Source: Aliivibrio fischeri ES114 (GTDB taxonomy: Bacteria > Pseudomonadota > Gammaproteobacteria > Enterobacterales > Vibrionaceae). Taken from it: a DNA stretch of 32,000 nt. The notes beneath the pieces were generated by a model. That model was not told the origin of the DNA and did not search any database. It worked only from the letters and a program-made list of their open reading frames with translations. A program made the translations under genes and the position numbers. How positions within the stretch are numbered: the stretch's first letter is position 1; each line of letters begins with the position of its first letter. This document shows positions 12,628 through 20,961 of the stretch, piece by piece. The stretch is taken from the NCBI RefSeq assembly GCF_000011805.1, contig NC_006840.2; one strand, written 5' to 3'.

Positions 12628-12969
12628 TTACACACTGAATGACGCACCACAACCACACGTTGTCGTTGCATTTGGGTTATCAATGAAGAAACGAGAACCC
12701 TCTAAACCTTCGGTATAATCAACTTTACCGCCGATCAAATATTGTAGACTCATCGGATCAACAACTAGCGTAACGCCATCATTTTCAATCGTCATATCGC
12801 CTTCATTTACGTCTTCATCAAAAGTAAAGCCGTATTGGAAACCACTACAACCACCACCAGTAATATAAACTCGTAGTTTTAGATTTGGGTTTTCTTCTTC
12901 TGCAATTAACGTTTTTACTTTTGCTGCTGCAACATCAGAAAACGTTAACGGCACAGATACATCACTCAT
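12628..12969 (-). CDS. erpA: Iron-sulfur cluster insertion protein ErpA (A-type carrier)
   Basis: 113 aa. It carries GGGCSGFQY and the C-terminal CGCGxSF motif (the three Cys ligands). The length and ends are as in E. coli ErpA (114 aa). It is divergent from hemL. Confidence 0.93.
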   Translation of the reverse strand: MSDVSVPLTFSDVAAAKVKTLIAEEENPNLKLRVYITGGGCSGFQYGFTFDEDVNEGDMTIENDGVTLVVDPMSLQYLIGGKVDYTEGLEGSRFFIDNPNATTTCGCGASFSV

Positions 12970-13196
12970 TTAAACCTCTCAGGATTGGTTTCCAATTCTA
13001 TTTTATAGGCAATTATCTAATACCTGACTGTTTCATTCAAGTATTCAATCGCTCTTCTCTGCGTTCTCTATTAAATGAAGATCGCATTTATCAGTACTAT
13101 TTTACTATTAGATGGGGATTAATACGATCAACACAAGCGTTTTTAGGTACAATAGTGCCTAACTGGTCCAAATTAATTACTATGAGGATATAAGTA

Positions 13197-14492
13197 ATGA
13201 CCAAATCAGCAGAACTTTTTGCAAAAGCGCAAGATAAAATCCCTGGCGGTGTAAACTCTCCTGTTCGTGCTTTTGCTGGCGTTGGTGGCTCACCAATTTT
13301 CGTTGAGCGTGCCGATGGCCCTTTAATTTTTGATGCCGATGGCAAAGCTTATATTGATTATGTTGGTTCTTGGGGTCCAATGATCCTTGGTCATAACCAT
13401 GCAGCAATTCGCGAAGCAGTTATCTCTGCAGCACAACGTGGTTTAAGTTTTGGTGCACCAACTGAAACTGAAATTACTATGGCTGAATTAGTTTCTGAAC
13501 TCGTACCATCAATGGAACAAGTTCGCATGGTAAGTTCAGGTACAGAAGCAACAATGAGTGCGATTCGTTTGGCTCGTGGTTACACTGGACGTGATAAAAT
13601 CATGAAATTTGAAGGCTGTTACCATGGCCATGCTGATAGCTTACTTGTTAAAGCTGGTTCTGGTGCATTAACCCTAGGTCAGCCAAGTTCTCCTGGTGTT
13701 CCTGCTGATTTTGCTAAATACACATTAACAGCAACTTTTAATGATTTAGATTCTGTTCGTGAACTATTCGCTGTAAATAAAGGTGAAATCGCTTGTATTA
13801 TTGTTGAGCCAGTAGCTGGTAACATGAACTGCATTCCACCAGTAGAAGGGTTCCACGAAGGACTTCGTCAAATTTGTGATGAAGAAGGTGCTCTATTAAT
13901 TTTTGATGAAGTAATGACAGGTTTCCGTGTGGCTGAAAACTGTGCTCAAGGTTACTACAACATCAAACCAGACCTAACAACATTAGGTAAAGTAATCGGC
14001 GGTGGTATGCCTGTTGGTGCGTTTGGCGGCCGTAAAGAAGTAATGCAATATATCGCCCCTACTGGCCCTGTTTACCAAGCGGGTACACTTTCTGGTAACC
14101 CTGTTGCGATGGCTGCTGGTTTTGCCTGTTTAAAAGTATTAACTGAAGAAGGCAACGAAAAACGCCTTGCAGATACAACAAGACATCTTGCTAATGGTTT
14201 TAAAGAGTTAGCAAATAAACACGGTATTCCAATGGTTGTAAACCAAGTGGGCGGAATGTTTGGTTTCTTCTTTACTGATCAAGAAACAGTAACCAGCTAC
14301 GCTGATGTTGCTAAGTGTGATATTGAAAGATTTAAACGCTTCTTCCACCTAATGCTTAAGAAAGGGGTATACCTAGCACCTTCTGCATTTGAAGCAAGCT
14401 TCACTTCTTTAGCTCATGGTCCAAAAGAAATCGAAGCGACATTAGAAGCGGCAGATCAATGCTTCGCAATCATTGCTTCAGAAGCAAAATAA
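13197..14492 (+). CDS. hemL: Glutamate-1-semialdehyde 2,1-aminomutase
   Basis: 431 aa. The N-terminus is [23 protein letters not shown]. It is a class-III aminotransferase with the PLP lysine context [26 protein letters not shown] lies 10 nt upstream. Confidence 0.96.
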   Translation: MTKSAELFAKAQDKIPGGVNSPVRAFAGVGGSPIFVERADGPLIFDADGKAYIDYVGSWGPMILGHNHAAIREAVISAAQRGLSFGAPTETEITMAELVSELVPSMEQVRMVSSGTEATMSAIRLARGYTGRDKIMKFEGCYHGHADSLLVKAGSGALTLGQPSSPGVPADFAKYTLTATFNDLDSVRELFAVNKGEIACIIVEPVAGNMNCIPPVEGFHEGLRQICDEEGALLIFDEVMTGFRVAENCAQGYYNIKPDLTTLGKVIGGGMPVGAFGGRKEVMQYIAPTGPVYQAGTLSGNPVAMAAGFACLKVLTEEGNEKRLADTTRHLANGFKELANKHGIPMVVNQVGGMFGFFFTDQETVTSYADVAKCDIERFKRFFHLMLKKGVYLAPSAFEASFTSLAHGPKEIEATLEAADQCFAIIASEAK

Positions 14493-14510
14493 AACCTGAT
14501 TAAAACAGAT

Positions 14511-14539
14511 AAAGGCTTTCATTATTGAAAGCCTTTTTT
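14511..14539 (+). terminator. Rho-independent terminator after hemL
   Basis: Stem AAAGGCTTTCA / TGAAAGCCTTT (11 bp), loop TTAT, then TTTTTC. Confidence 0.85.
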
Positions 14540-14583
14540 CATATAACAAACCACTATAAAAAATCATAATGGCCAATAAACAA

Positions 14584-14694
14584 TTATTGCCAAAAATACA
14601 CTACAGCCACCAATAATCCGATAGCTATCACAGGAATAATTGGAAAACTTTTTTTCTTATTTCCCGCGCATGTCTCTTTATCACAACAGCCCAT
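14584..14694 (-). CDS. Hypothetical 36-aa small membrane protein (below the ORF-track cutoff)
   Basis: The minus-strand ORF is ATG GGC TGT TGT ... TGG CAA TAA, encoding MGCCDKETCAGNKKKSFPIIPVIAIGLLVAVVYFWQ. A GGAGAG Shine-Dalgarno lies 5 nt upstream of the ATG (TTAATGGAGAGTAACGATG). The protein has a Cys-rich polar head, a KKK stretch and a single hydrophobic helix. It sits in an otherwise empty 308-bp gap. Confidence 0.4.
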   Translation of the reverse strand: MGCCDKETCAGNKKKSFPIIPVIAIGLLVAVVYFWQ

Positions 14695-14800
14695 CGTTAC
14701 TCTCCATTAATCTTGCTATGATGATCAACTAGCTATATAACTATCTAAATTGCTATCATCTTAATTTCATAAACTGATAATCGCATCATAAGGGAATAAT

Positions 14801-15886
14801 GTGTCTCATTTCAATAAACTGAACTCCAGTCACTGGGTTTTAATTGCCGCTTTGCTTGCTGCTGGTTACGCATGCTTCCTTTTAATTGAGCCCTACTTAA
14901 ATCCAATCATCCTCGCTTTTATTATGTCGCTATTATTTGCACCGTTACATAATAAAATCAGTGATAGACTTCCAAATAGTCCAAACAGCGCAGCAATACT
15001 TTCTTGTATGGCACTCACTTTTATTATCGCCATTCCTCTATTTTTTGTTTTTATTGCTATCGTGCAACAAGGTGCAACATTCTCAAAAGACGCTTATCAC
15101 TGGGTAATAGACGGTGGCATACAAACGTTATTTCAGCACCCATTTGTAGCTAAGGTATTGTCTTTTATTAATAAGTATCTACCTTTTGATGCTATCGACC
15201 CTGCAGAAGTCACCCAAAAAGTAGCTCAATTAGCTTCACAAATAGGTACTCGAATTGTCGGTATGAGCGCTCAAATCGTTGGCGATGTTACCAACGTTCT
15301 AATGAATTTCTTTTTAATGTTATTTGTTTTGTTCTTTTTACTTCGCGATCAAGACAAAATTATCTCAGCATTTCGTCATGTACTGCCACTTTCTCGCAGT
15401 CAAGAAGATCGCTTATTAGATGAGATTGAACAAGTATCTAAATCGGCGGTTCTTGGTTCATTTCTCACAGCAATAGCACAAGGTATTGCTGGTGGTTTTG
15501 CAATGTGGCTTGCAGGATTCCCGGGGCTATTTTGGGGAACAATGATGGGGTTTGCTTCATTTATTCCAGTTGTCGGTACCGCTTTAATCTGGGTTCCAGC
15601 AACCATTTATCTATTGCTTACTAATCAATGGGAATGGGCAATCTTCTTAACAGCATGGGGCGTGTTAGTTGTAGGGTCTATCGATAACATCGTACGTCCA
15701 CTCTTAATGCAAGGTAATTCAGGTATGAATACCTTACTGATTTTCTTCTCTTTATTAGGTGGTATTCAACTTTACGGTCTAATTGGTTTAATTTATGGGC
15801 CAATCATTTTTGCTCTAACGCTGGTTTTATTTAACATGTATGAAACTGAGTTTAAGAGTTTTTTAGATCAACAAGATAAGAACTAA
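14801..15886 (+). CDS. AI-2E family transporter (PerM/YdiK/TqsA-like permease)
   Basis: 361 aa with ~8 TM helices. The conserved C-terminal region VVGSIDNIVRPLLM is typical of UPF0118/AI-2E. It has a GTG start preceded by AAGGGA 5 nt upstream. Confidence 0.85.
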   Translation: MSHFNKLNSSHWVLIAALLAAGYACFLLIEPYLNPIILAFIMSLLFAPLHNKISDRLPNSPNSAAILSCMALTFIIAIPLFFVFIAIVQQGATFSKDAYHWVIDGGIQTLFQHPFVAKVLSFINKYLPFDAIDPAEVTQKVAQLASQIGTRIVGMSAQIVGDVTNVLMNFFLMLFVLFFLLRDQDKIISAFRHVLPLSRSQEDRLLDEIEQVSKSAVLGSFLTAIAQGIAGGFAMWLAGFPGLFWGTMMGFASFIPVVGTALIWVPATIYLLLTNQWEWAIFLTAWGVLVVGSIDNIVRPLLMQGNSGMNTLLIFFSLLGGIQLYGLIGLIYGPIIFALTLVLFNMYETEFKSFLDQQDKN

Positions 15887-15905
15887 ACCACAATTAAAAC
15901 TCTTT

Positions 15906-15946
15906 AAGGCCACTGATTTTCATCATCTTCAGTGGCCTTTTCTTTT
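15906..15946 (+). terminator. Rho-independent terminator after the AI-2E transporter gene
   Basis: Stem AAGGCCACTGA / TCAGTGGCCTT (11 bp), a 12-nt loop, then TTCTTTTCC. Confidence 0.75.
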
Positions 15947-16003
15947 CCTTCAAAGCACTTTGTGGGACAATCCTGCCAGTTTTTATATTATTTCGAGGCC
16001 ATA

Positions 16004-17023
16004 ATGTCTTACTCTGCACCAAGTCAAATTACTCAACGCCAACTTGCTTACTTTGAAGGCAAGCATGTTCTCATTGCTGGTGAGTTAATCGATGACTTTC
16101 CTTTTGAGCTAGCAAAGCATTGTGAATCAACCTCAATTTTCACAACAAATTACTCATACTATAAGCAATTTGCTGGGCATAATTCTATTCAATGTTATTT
16201 TGGTTCTGAATTAACAGAGCCGACTAATGTCGACATGATCTTACTCTACTGGCCTAAAGCGAAAGCAGAAGCGGAATACTTACTGACTATGCTGCTAGCA
16301 AAACTGGGTAAAAACACGGAAATTGTTGTTGTTGGTGAAAACCGAAGTGGTGTAAAAAGCATTGAAAAAATGTTTGCTGATTTTGGCCCGATAAATAAAT
16401 TTGATTCAGCTCGTCGTTGTAGCTTTTATTGGGGTCAGTGCACTGAAGAAGCACCAACATTCAATCAACAAGATTGGTTTAAAGAATACCAAGTTGAATT
16501 TGAAAACCACACTATAGAAGTAAGAAGCTTACCTGGTGTATTTAGCCATGGTGAATTTGATAAAGGTTCTGAGCTTTTACTGCAAACCTTACCTGCACTA
16601 CGAGGTCATGTACTTGATTTTGGGTGTGGTGCAGGTGTGATTGGCTCGGTAATGAAAACAATCAACCCTAAAATTCACTTAGATATGGTTGATATCAGTG
16701 CGCTTGCAATAGCCTCGTCTATTGAAACGTTAAAAGCTAATAACCTTGAAGGCAATGTATTTGCAAGTGACGTGTATTCTGATACGAAAGAGAATTACCA
16801 ATTTATTGTCAGTAATCCTCCTTTTCATGCTGGTCTAAAAACACATTACTCTTCAACAGAAGAACTATTAGAAAAAGCACCACAAAATCTAACCCATGAA
16901 GGACAATTAATTTTAGTGGCCAATAGCTTTTTACAGTACCCACCAATCATTGAAAAAGCATTTGGTGAGTGTTTAACATTAGCTAAAAATAACAAATTTA
17001 AGATCTATTCAGCTCAAAAATAA
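16004..17023 (+). CDS. rsmC: 16S rRNA (guanine1207-N2)-methyltransferase RsmC
   Basis: 339 aa from the ATG at 16004, with a GAGG RBS 5 nt upstream. It has two methyltransferase-like halves, the SAM motif [12 protein letters not shown] and the catalytic NPPFH. The track ORF starts at a GTG at 15932 inside the upstream terminator stem, so I trimmed it. E. coli RsmC is 343 aa. Confidence 0.88.
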   Translation: MSYSAPSQITQRQLAYFEGKHVLIAGELIDDFPFELAKHCESTSIFTTNYSYYKQFAGHNSIQCYFGSELTEPTNVDMILLYWPKAKAEAEYLLTMLLAKLGKNTEIVVVGENRSGVKSIEKMFADFGPINKFDSARRCSFYWGQCTEEAPTFNQQDWFKEYQVEFENHTIEVRSLPGVFSHGEFDKGSELLLQTLPALRGHVLDFGCGAGVIGSVMKTINPKIHLDMVDISALAIASSIETLKANNLEGNVFASDVYSDTKENYQFIVSNPPFHAGLKTHYSSTEELLEKAPQNLTHEGQLILVANSFLQYPPIIEKAFGECLTLAKNNKFKIYSAQK

Positions 17024-17048
17024 TTCTTGCCTCCCGCCGCACTTTATC

Positions 17049-17098
17049 ACTCTGCTGCTTGATTTTTAACATGAATTAAGTATAAGAAGCAGCAGAGT
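17049..17098 (+). terminator. Long-loop hairpin after rsmC (probable terminator)
   Basis: Perfect 12-bp arms ACTCTGCTGCTT / AAGCAGCAGAGT separated by 26 nt, followed by TTTCTCGTT. Confidence 0.5.
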
Positions 17099-17188
17099 TT
17101 CTCGTTAAAATCAAACTCAATAAAATTTACTGACACGTTAAATATGTCAATTTCGCTGAATGGATAACAGTGTGGACTAGGCCTTCAA

Positions 17189-20100
17189 ATGGATAAAAAA
17201 CAACACTTTAAACGTCTACAAAATACGTTGATGATTGCGTTTCTTGTTTTAAGCATAACGCCACTATCACTTATTGCAATTTTCTTTCTTCACTCTCATA
17301 GCCAAGATCTTGCAACGCAAAGTACCGCACATCTTGTGTCATTACGAGACAACAAAGAACAACAAATTACAAACTACTTTAAAGGCCGTAAATCCGAAGT
17401 ATTAGGGTTTGCTCGCTCTGAACTAGCTAATGCAAGTGGCGGTCGATTTTACGGTTTGGTTAGTGCCTTTCCACACTTAGGAACCTCCATAGAAGACGCT
17501 CGTAAAAACGCACAACTACGGTATATTACCGGTTCTGGTGATAAAATTAGAACCAGTGTTCTTCCTGAATCAGACTCTTATATTGGTAGTGAACGCTACC
17601 GTCTTCTACATAAACGTTACCATTGGGCATATTTAGAACTCTTAAAACGTTCAGACTTTAGTGACGTTCTATTAGTTGATATTAATGGCAACGTTGTGTA
17701 TTCCAAAGCCAAAGAAGACAATTATGGTACGAATTTATTAACAGGTAAGTACAAAGACAGTACGTTAGCGGATACATATAAAAAGATCCGAACATTAATG
17801 AAAAAGCCTGAGAGCGAAGATAATATTCCTATCATTTTTTCTGATTTCAATACCATAAATAACGAAACGGTAGCATGGTTTGCAGCTCCAATAGTACAGC
17901 AAGGTTATTTACATAGCTTTGCTCTATTCAAATTACCAAATACAGGTCTAATTGAATTGATTGGAGATAATACTGATACAAGTTCCATCAAAACCTACTT
18001 TGTAGGCCAAGACTCTTACTCCCGTATCAGCAATGAAGACATTGAAAAAAACCTCTCTGAAAATATGAAGTTGGCACTATCAGGTGAATCAAATGTCGGT
18101 AGCTTTATTGATAAGCACGGAGAAAAAGTGCTTGCTGCATTTACTTCTATTAATGTTGATGGGCATTTATGGGGACTATCACTTGAACTTCCAGAAAAAG
18201 AAGCTTTTGCTCGCATTCAACAACTTGAGCAAATCTTTGTTATTGCAATGATAATAGCCATTGTCTGTGTTGTTATTGCTTCGCATTTCTTATCTAACTC
18301 AATCACAGCACCACTTTTACGCTTAACATGGGCGGCAGAACGAGTGTCTGCTGGTGATCTTGATCAAGAGATGATCAGCACGGATAGAAAAGATGAAATT
18401 GGTCGCTTAGCGGTTAGTTTTGCACGAATGCAACGCTCAATAAGAGAAAAAATTCAACTAATTAAAGACCAAAATGAAGAGCTTGAAGCTAACTTAGCCA
18501 CCATTCAATTAAAGAACAATGAACTGGAAGCTGCTGATAAGTTAAAAGATGAATTTTTAGCAACCACATCGCATGAGTTAAGAACACCATTACATGGAAT
18601 GGTTGGCATTGCAGAAGCCTTATACACTGGAGCTAACGGTCCAATATCAGCATCTCATCGCCATCAATTAGAGATCATTATAAATAGCGGTCAACGCTTA
18701 ACAAGCCTGGTTAATGACCTACTTGATTATCATAAAATGCGTCATGGTAACCTTGATATAAATAAACATGTTACCGATTTATCCTCTGCAACCAGTTTAG
18801 TTCTGGAGTTATCGCAACACCTTCTTGGAAACAAATCCATCCGTATTATTAACCAAGTAGATAAATCATTACCTGTTGTTTTTGTCGATGAACAACGCCT
18901 TGAACAGGTTCTTTATAATCTTATTGGCAATGCGATTAAATATACATCAGAAGGTAAAATTGTTATCTCAGCAAGTGTTGTAGATCAATTCTTGCGAGTT
19001 CAGGTCGTAGACACTGGGCACGGAATTCCGGCTGATGAATTAGAACATATTTTTGAACCATTAATTCAAGCTGGTCATGATTCAAACCGCTATCGTCAAG
19101 GCTCTGGTCTTGGTCTATCAATCAGTCGACAATTAATTGAATTAATGGGCGGTTCTTTATATGTGAGTAGCCAACCAATGGTAGGAGCGACATTTAGCTT
19201 TACCCTTCCTCTTGCAACTAAAGAACAAATTCAACAACACAAATTGCTTGCTCAAGAAGGTATTACTCACTATCAAACGCCTGAAAAACTTGAATATAAT
19301 TTAGATGAGATTGATGAGGAATTACCAGAAAACCCTGAGGGCCCACTTTTATTAGTTGCGGATGATGAACCCGTCAATCTACAAGTACTTACTAGTTTCT
19401 TAAAACTCGAAGGGTACCGAGTGAAAGTGGCTAATGATGGACCTGAAACATTAAAAGTATTTGAAGAAGAAAAGCCTGAATTATTATTGCTTGATGTCAT
19501 GATGCCAGGAATGAGCGGCTATGAAGTATGCCAATCATTAAGAGAGACTTATAGCCACTCTGAACTACCTATTATTATGTTAACAGCCTTAAATCAAACT
19601 CAAGATAGAATTCGAGGTTTTGAGTCAGGCGCTAACGACTATTTAAGTAAGCCTTTTAATAAACAAGAACTAGCAGCTCGAATAAAAGCGCACCTTAAAG
19701 CAAGTAAGGCTGAATTATTCTTAAGTGAAAATGACCGTCTACAGCAGGAAATTCGCCATAGAGAAAAAGTAGAAGCCAGTTTACTTGAGACACAGGCTCA
19801 TATATTAGAGCAACTTAATCATGCACAAGAAGCCATTATATGCGCAAAAAGTGATGGAAAAATTAAGTATGTAAATAACTCTGCTGCAAAACTATTTCAA
19901 AGAACAGAAGAACAACTTTCACGTTATTCTATTGATGAGCTAATAGCTAAACGTAGCCTTATTGAAAGTAAACAAAACCACCGTGGCAATATTGATGTTT
20001 ATATTGATGGTGAAATAACACAAATAAACGCTGATTTATTACATCTTCCTGCAGAGTCCGGGCTATCCCTTATTCTTGTAGTTAGCCATAAACACGAAGC

Positions 20101-20569
20101 AAACGAACAACGAATTCATGACTTAGAAAGTGCAGTAGAAGCACTATCTGCATTTGCATTCGAAGGCGATAAACAAAAGCTAAACTCGCTATCACTAGTT
20201 GGTGGGGATATTGCTCAACTAGCCACTAAAGCCAATGAAAATAAAGAAGACAAAGGCACTATCATGCGAGAACTCATTGTTGACGGCATGATCTCAGGCC
20301 TTTCTTATTGGGAAGAGTCTACAGGGCAAACCAAATACACTCTCGCAGAAGAGAGTGGGTTATGGCGAGTGTATTTAGATAGAAGCACACTACAAACACG
20401 TACACTTGATAAATACTTACGAGTAGAAACTCTGCCAAAAACACCACGCTGGAGAACCGTAATTAGTACGTTAGAGTACATTTTAGAACATTGTGAGCAA
20501 TACAATGACCAACGTGACAAACTGGTTAGAATTAAAGATAAACTACAAATACTCATATCCAACAACTAA
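17189..20569 (+). CDS. chiS: Chitin-sensing hybrid sensor histidine kinase / DNA-binding regulator ChiS
   Basis: 1126 aa. Domain order: TM, a ~310-aa periplasmic domain, TM, HAMP, HisKA (H-box TSHELRTPL, His at residue 462), HATPase_c (GSGLGLSI), REC (LLLDVMMPGMSG, Asp at residue 769), a PAS-like segment, and a ~100-aa C-terminal domain. Size, architecture and position directly upstream of the chitobiose operon match V. cholerae ChiS (VC0622, ~1129 aa, H469/D772). Confidence 0.9.
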   Translation: MDKKQHFKRLQNTLMIAFLVLSITPLSLIAIFFLHSHSQDLATQSTAHLVSLRDNKEQQITNYFKGRKSEVLGFARSELANASGGRFYGLVSAFPHLGTSIEDARKNAQLRYITGSGDKIRTSVLPESDSYIGSERYRLLHKRYHWAYLELLKRSDFSDVLLVDINGNVVYSKAKEDNYGTNLLTGKYKDSTLADTYKKIRTLMKKPESEDNIPIIFSDFNTINNETVAWFAAPIVQQGYLHSFALFKLPNTGLIELIGDNTDTSSIKTYFVGQDSYSRISNEDIEKNLSENMKLALSGESNVGSFIDKHGEKVLAAFTSINVDGHLWGLSLELPEKEAFARIQQLEQIFVIAMIIAIVCVVIASHFLSNSITAPLLRLTWAAERVSAGDLDQEMISTDRKDEIGRLAVSFARMQRSIREKIQLIKDQNEELEANLATIQLKNNELEAADKLKDEFLATTSHELRTPLHGMVGIAEALYTGANGPISASHRHQLEIIINSGQRLTSLVNDLLDYHKMRHGNLDINKHVTDLSSATSLVLELSQHLLGNKSIRIINQVDKSLPVVFVDEQRLEQVLYNLIGNAIKYTSEGKIVISASVVDQFLRVQVVDTGHGIPADELEHIFEPLIQAGHDSNRYRQGSGLGLSISRQLIELMGGSLYVSSQPMVGATFSFTLPLATKEQIQQHKLLAQEGITHYQTPEKLEYNLDEIDEELPENPEGPLLLVADDEPVNLQVLTSFLKLEGYRVKVANDGPETLKVFEEEKPELLLLDVMMPGMSGYEVCQSLRETYSHSELPIIMLTALNQTQDRIRGFESGANDYLSKPFNKQELAARIKAHLKASKAELFLSENDRLQQEIRHREKVEASLLETQAHILEQLNHAQEAIICAKSDGKIKYVNNSAAKLFQRTEEQLSRYSIDELIAKRSLIESKQNHRGNIDVYIDGEITQINADLLHLPAESGLSLILVVSHKHEANEQRIHDLESAVEALSAFAFEGDKQKLNSLSLVGGDIAQLATKANENKEDKGTIMRELIVDGMISGLSYWEESTGQTKYTLAEESGLWRVYLDRSTLQTRTLDKYLRVETLPKTPRWRTVISTLEYILEHCEQYNDQRDKLVRIKDKLQILISNN

Positions 20570-20592
20570 TTTTACCATCGTAACTCAAACTA

Positions 20593-20622
20593 AAAGCCCG
20601 TATATTTACGGGCTTTTTTTTC
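20593..20622. terminator. Rho-independent terminator after chiS (potentially bidirectional)
   Basis: Stem AGCCCGTA / TACGGGCT, loop TATT. AAAA lies on the left and TTTTTTTT on the right. Confidence 0.88.
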
Positions 20623-20794
20623 ACCACTACCAAATTCACGGTTCAAAAAAAGCACTTAATCAGCACAGTAATTTGACTGTATTTAGCTATTTTTTAATGG
20701 AAAAAACTCATCTATTATATATTTGTCATAATTATGAGAAGCGACTCACAACAAACCTTGTCCAATAATTTTAGCGATAAAATTAACGATAGAG

Positions 20795-20832
20795 ATCACA
20801 GGTGATCAAGGTCACCACTATAGAATAAGAAA
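20795..20832. promoter_or_regulatory. Upstream repeat unit R1: GATC-containing dyad, CRP-like site and a CCACTATAGAATA box
   Basis: GATCAC-AG-GTGATC is a perfect dyad (20795-20808). It overlaps GGTGA-tcaagg-TCACC (20802-20817), which fits the CRP core TGTGA-N6-TCACA at 8/10 positions with the GTGA/TCAC cores intact. CACTATAGAATAAGA follows. Confidence 0.4.
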
Positions 20833-20904
20833 AAAGAATACATATTCACAAAGGTTAAACCGGTAAGTAAATACTAACTTAGCAGCATACAGAATGGTAT
20901 ATAT

Positions 20905-20934
20905 GAGATAAAGGTCACACCACTAGAATAGAGT
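20905..20934. promoter_or_regulatory. Upstream repeat unit R2: CRP-like site and a CCACTAGAATAGA box
   Basis: TGAGA-taaagg-TCACA (20905-20920) fits the CRP core at 9/10 positions and is followed by CCACTAGAATAGAG. It is an imperfect direct repeat of R1 (AAGGTCAC..CACTA..GAATA..GA..AAAAA) displaced by 103 bp. Confidence 0.4.
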
Positions 20935-20961
20935 AAAAAACACACACAATTACAGAAAATA

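Noticed and set aside
12970-13100. Search for an IscR-type operator upstream of erpA (erpA is IscR-regulated in E. coli).
   Set aside because: CC...GG-containing stretches such as CCAATTCTATTTTATAGG have the wrong spacing for the type 2 motif as I remember it and are not palindromic. I found no defensible site by eye.
15932-16003. N-terminal 24-codon extension of rsmC (GTG at 15932), and likewise the 26-codon extension of the kinase (28720-28797).
   Set aside because: The rsmC GTG lies inside the stem of the upstream terminator and has no RBS. The ATG at 16004 has a GAGG RBS and gives the E. coli-like length. The kinase extension overlaps the 3' end of the GH9 gene, whereas the ATG at 28798 follows AAGGAG and starts at the conserved DGGGT motif.
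20736-20749. TGAG-aagcga-CTCA inverted repeat, considered as a possible SlmA binding site because SlmA is reported to activate Pchb in V. cholerae.
   Set aside because: The SlmA consensus as I recall it is GTGAGTACTCAC, with arms separated by 2 bp. Here the arms are separated by 6 bp and the outer G/C positions do not match. I cannot support the call without a PWM scan or an alignment to the V. cholerae site.
20811-20830. Resemblance of R1 (GGTCACCACTATAGAATAAG) to the phage SP6 RNA polymerase promoter (ATTTAGGTGACACTATAGAATAC), with 12 identical bases (CACTATAGAATA).
   Set aside because: There is no phage RNAP gene or prophage context. The upstream part is out of register by one base and differs (GGTCACC versus GGTGACA). 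The second copy, R2, lacks the TATAG core. I regard this as coincidental, and it is far too short to indicate vector contamination.
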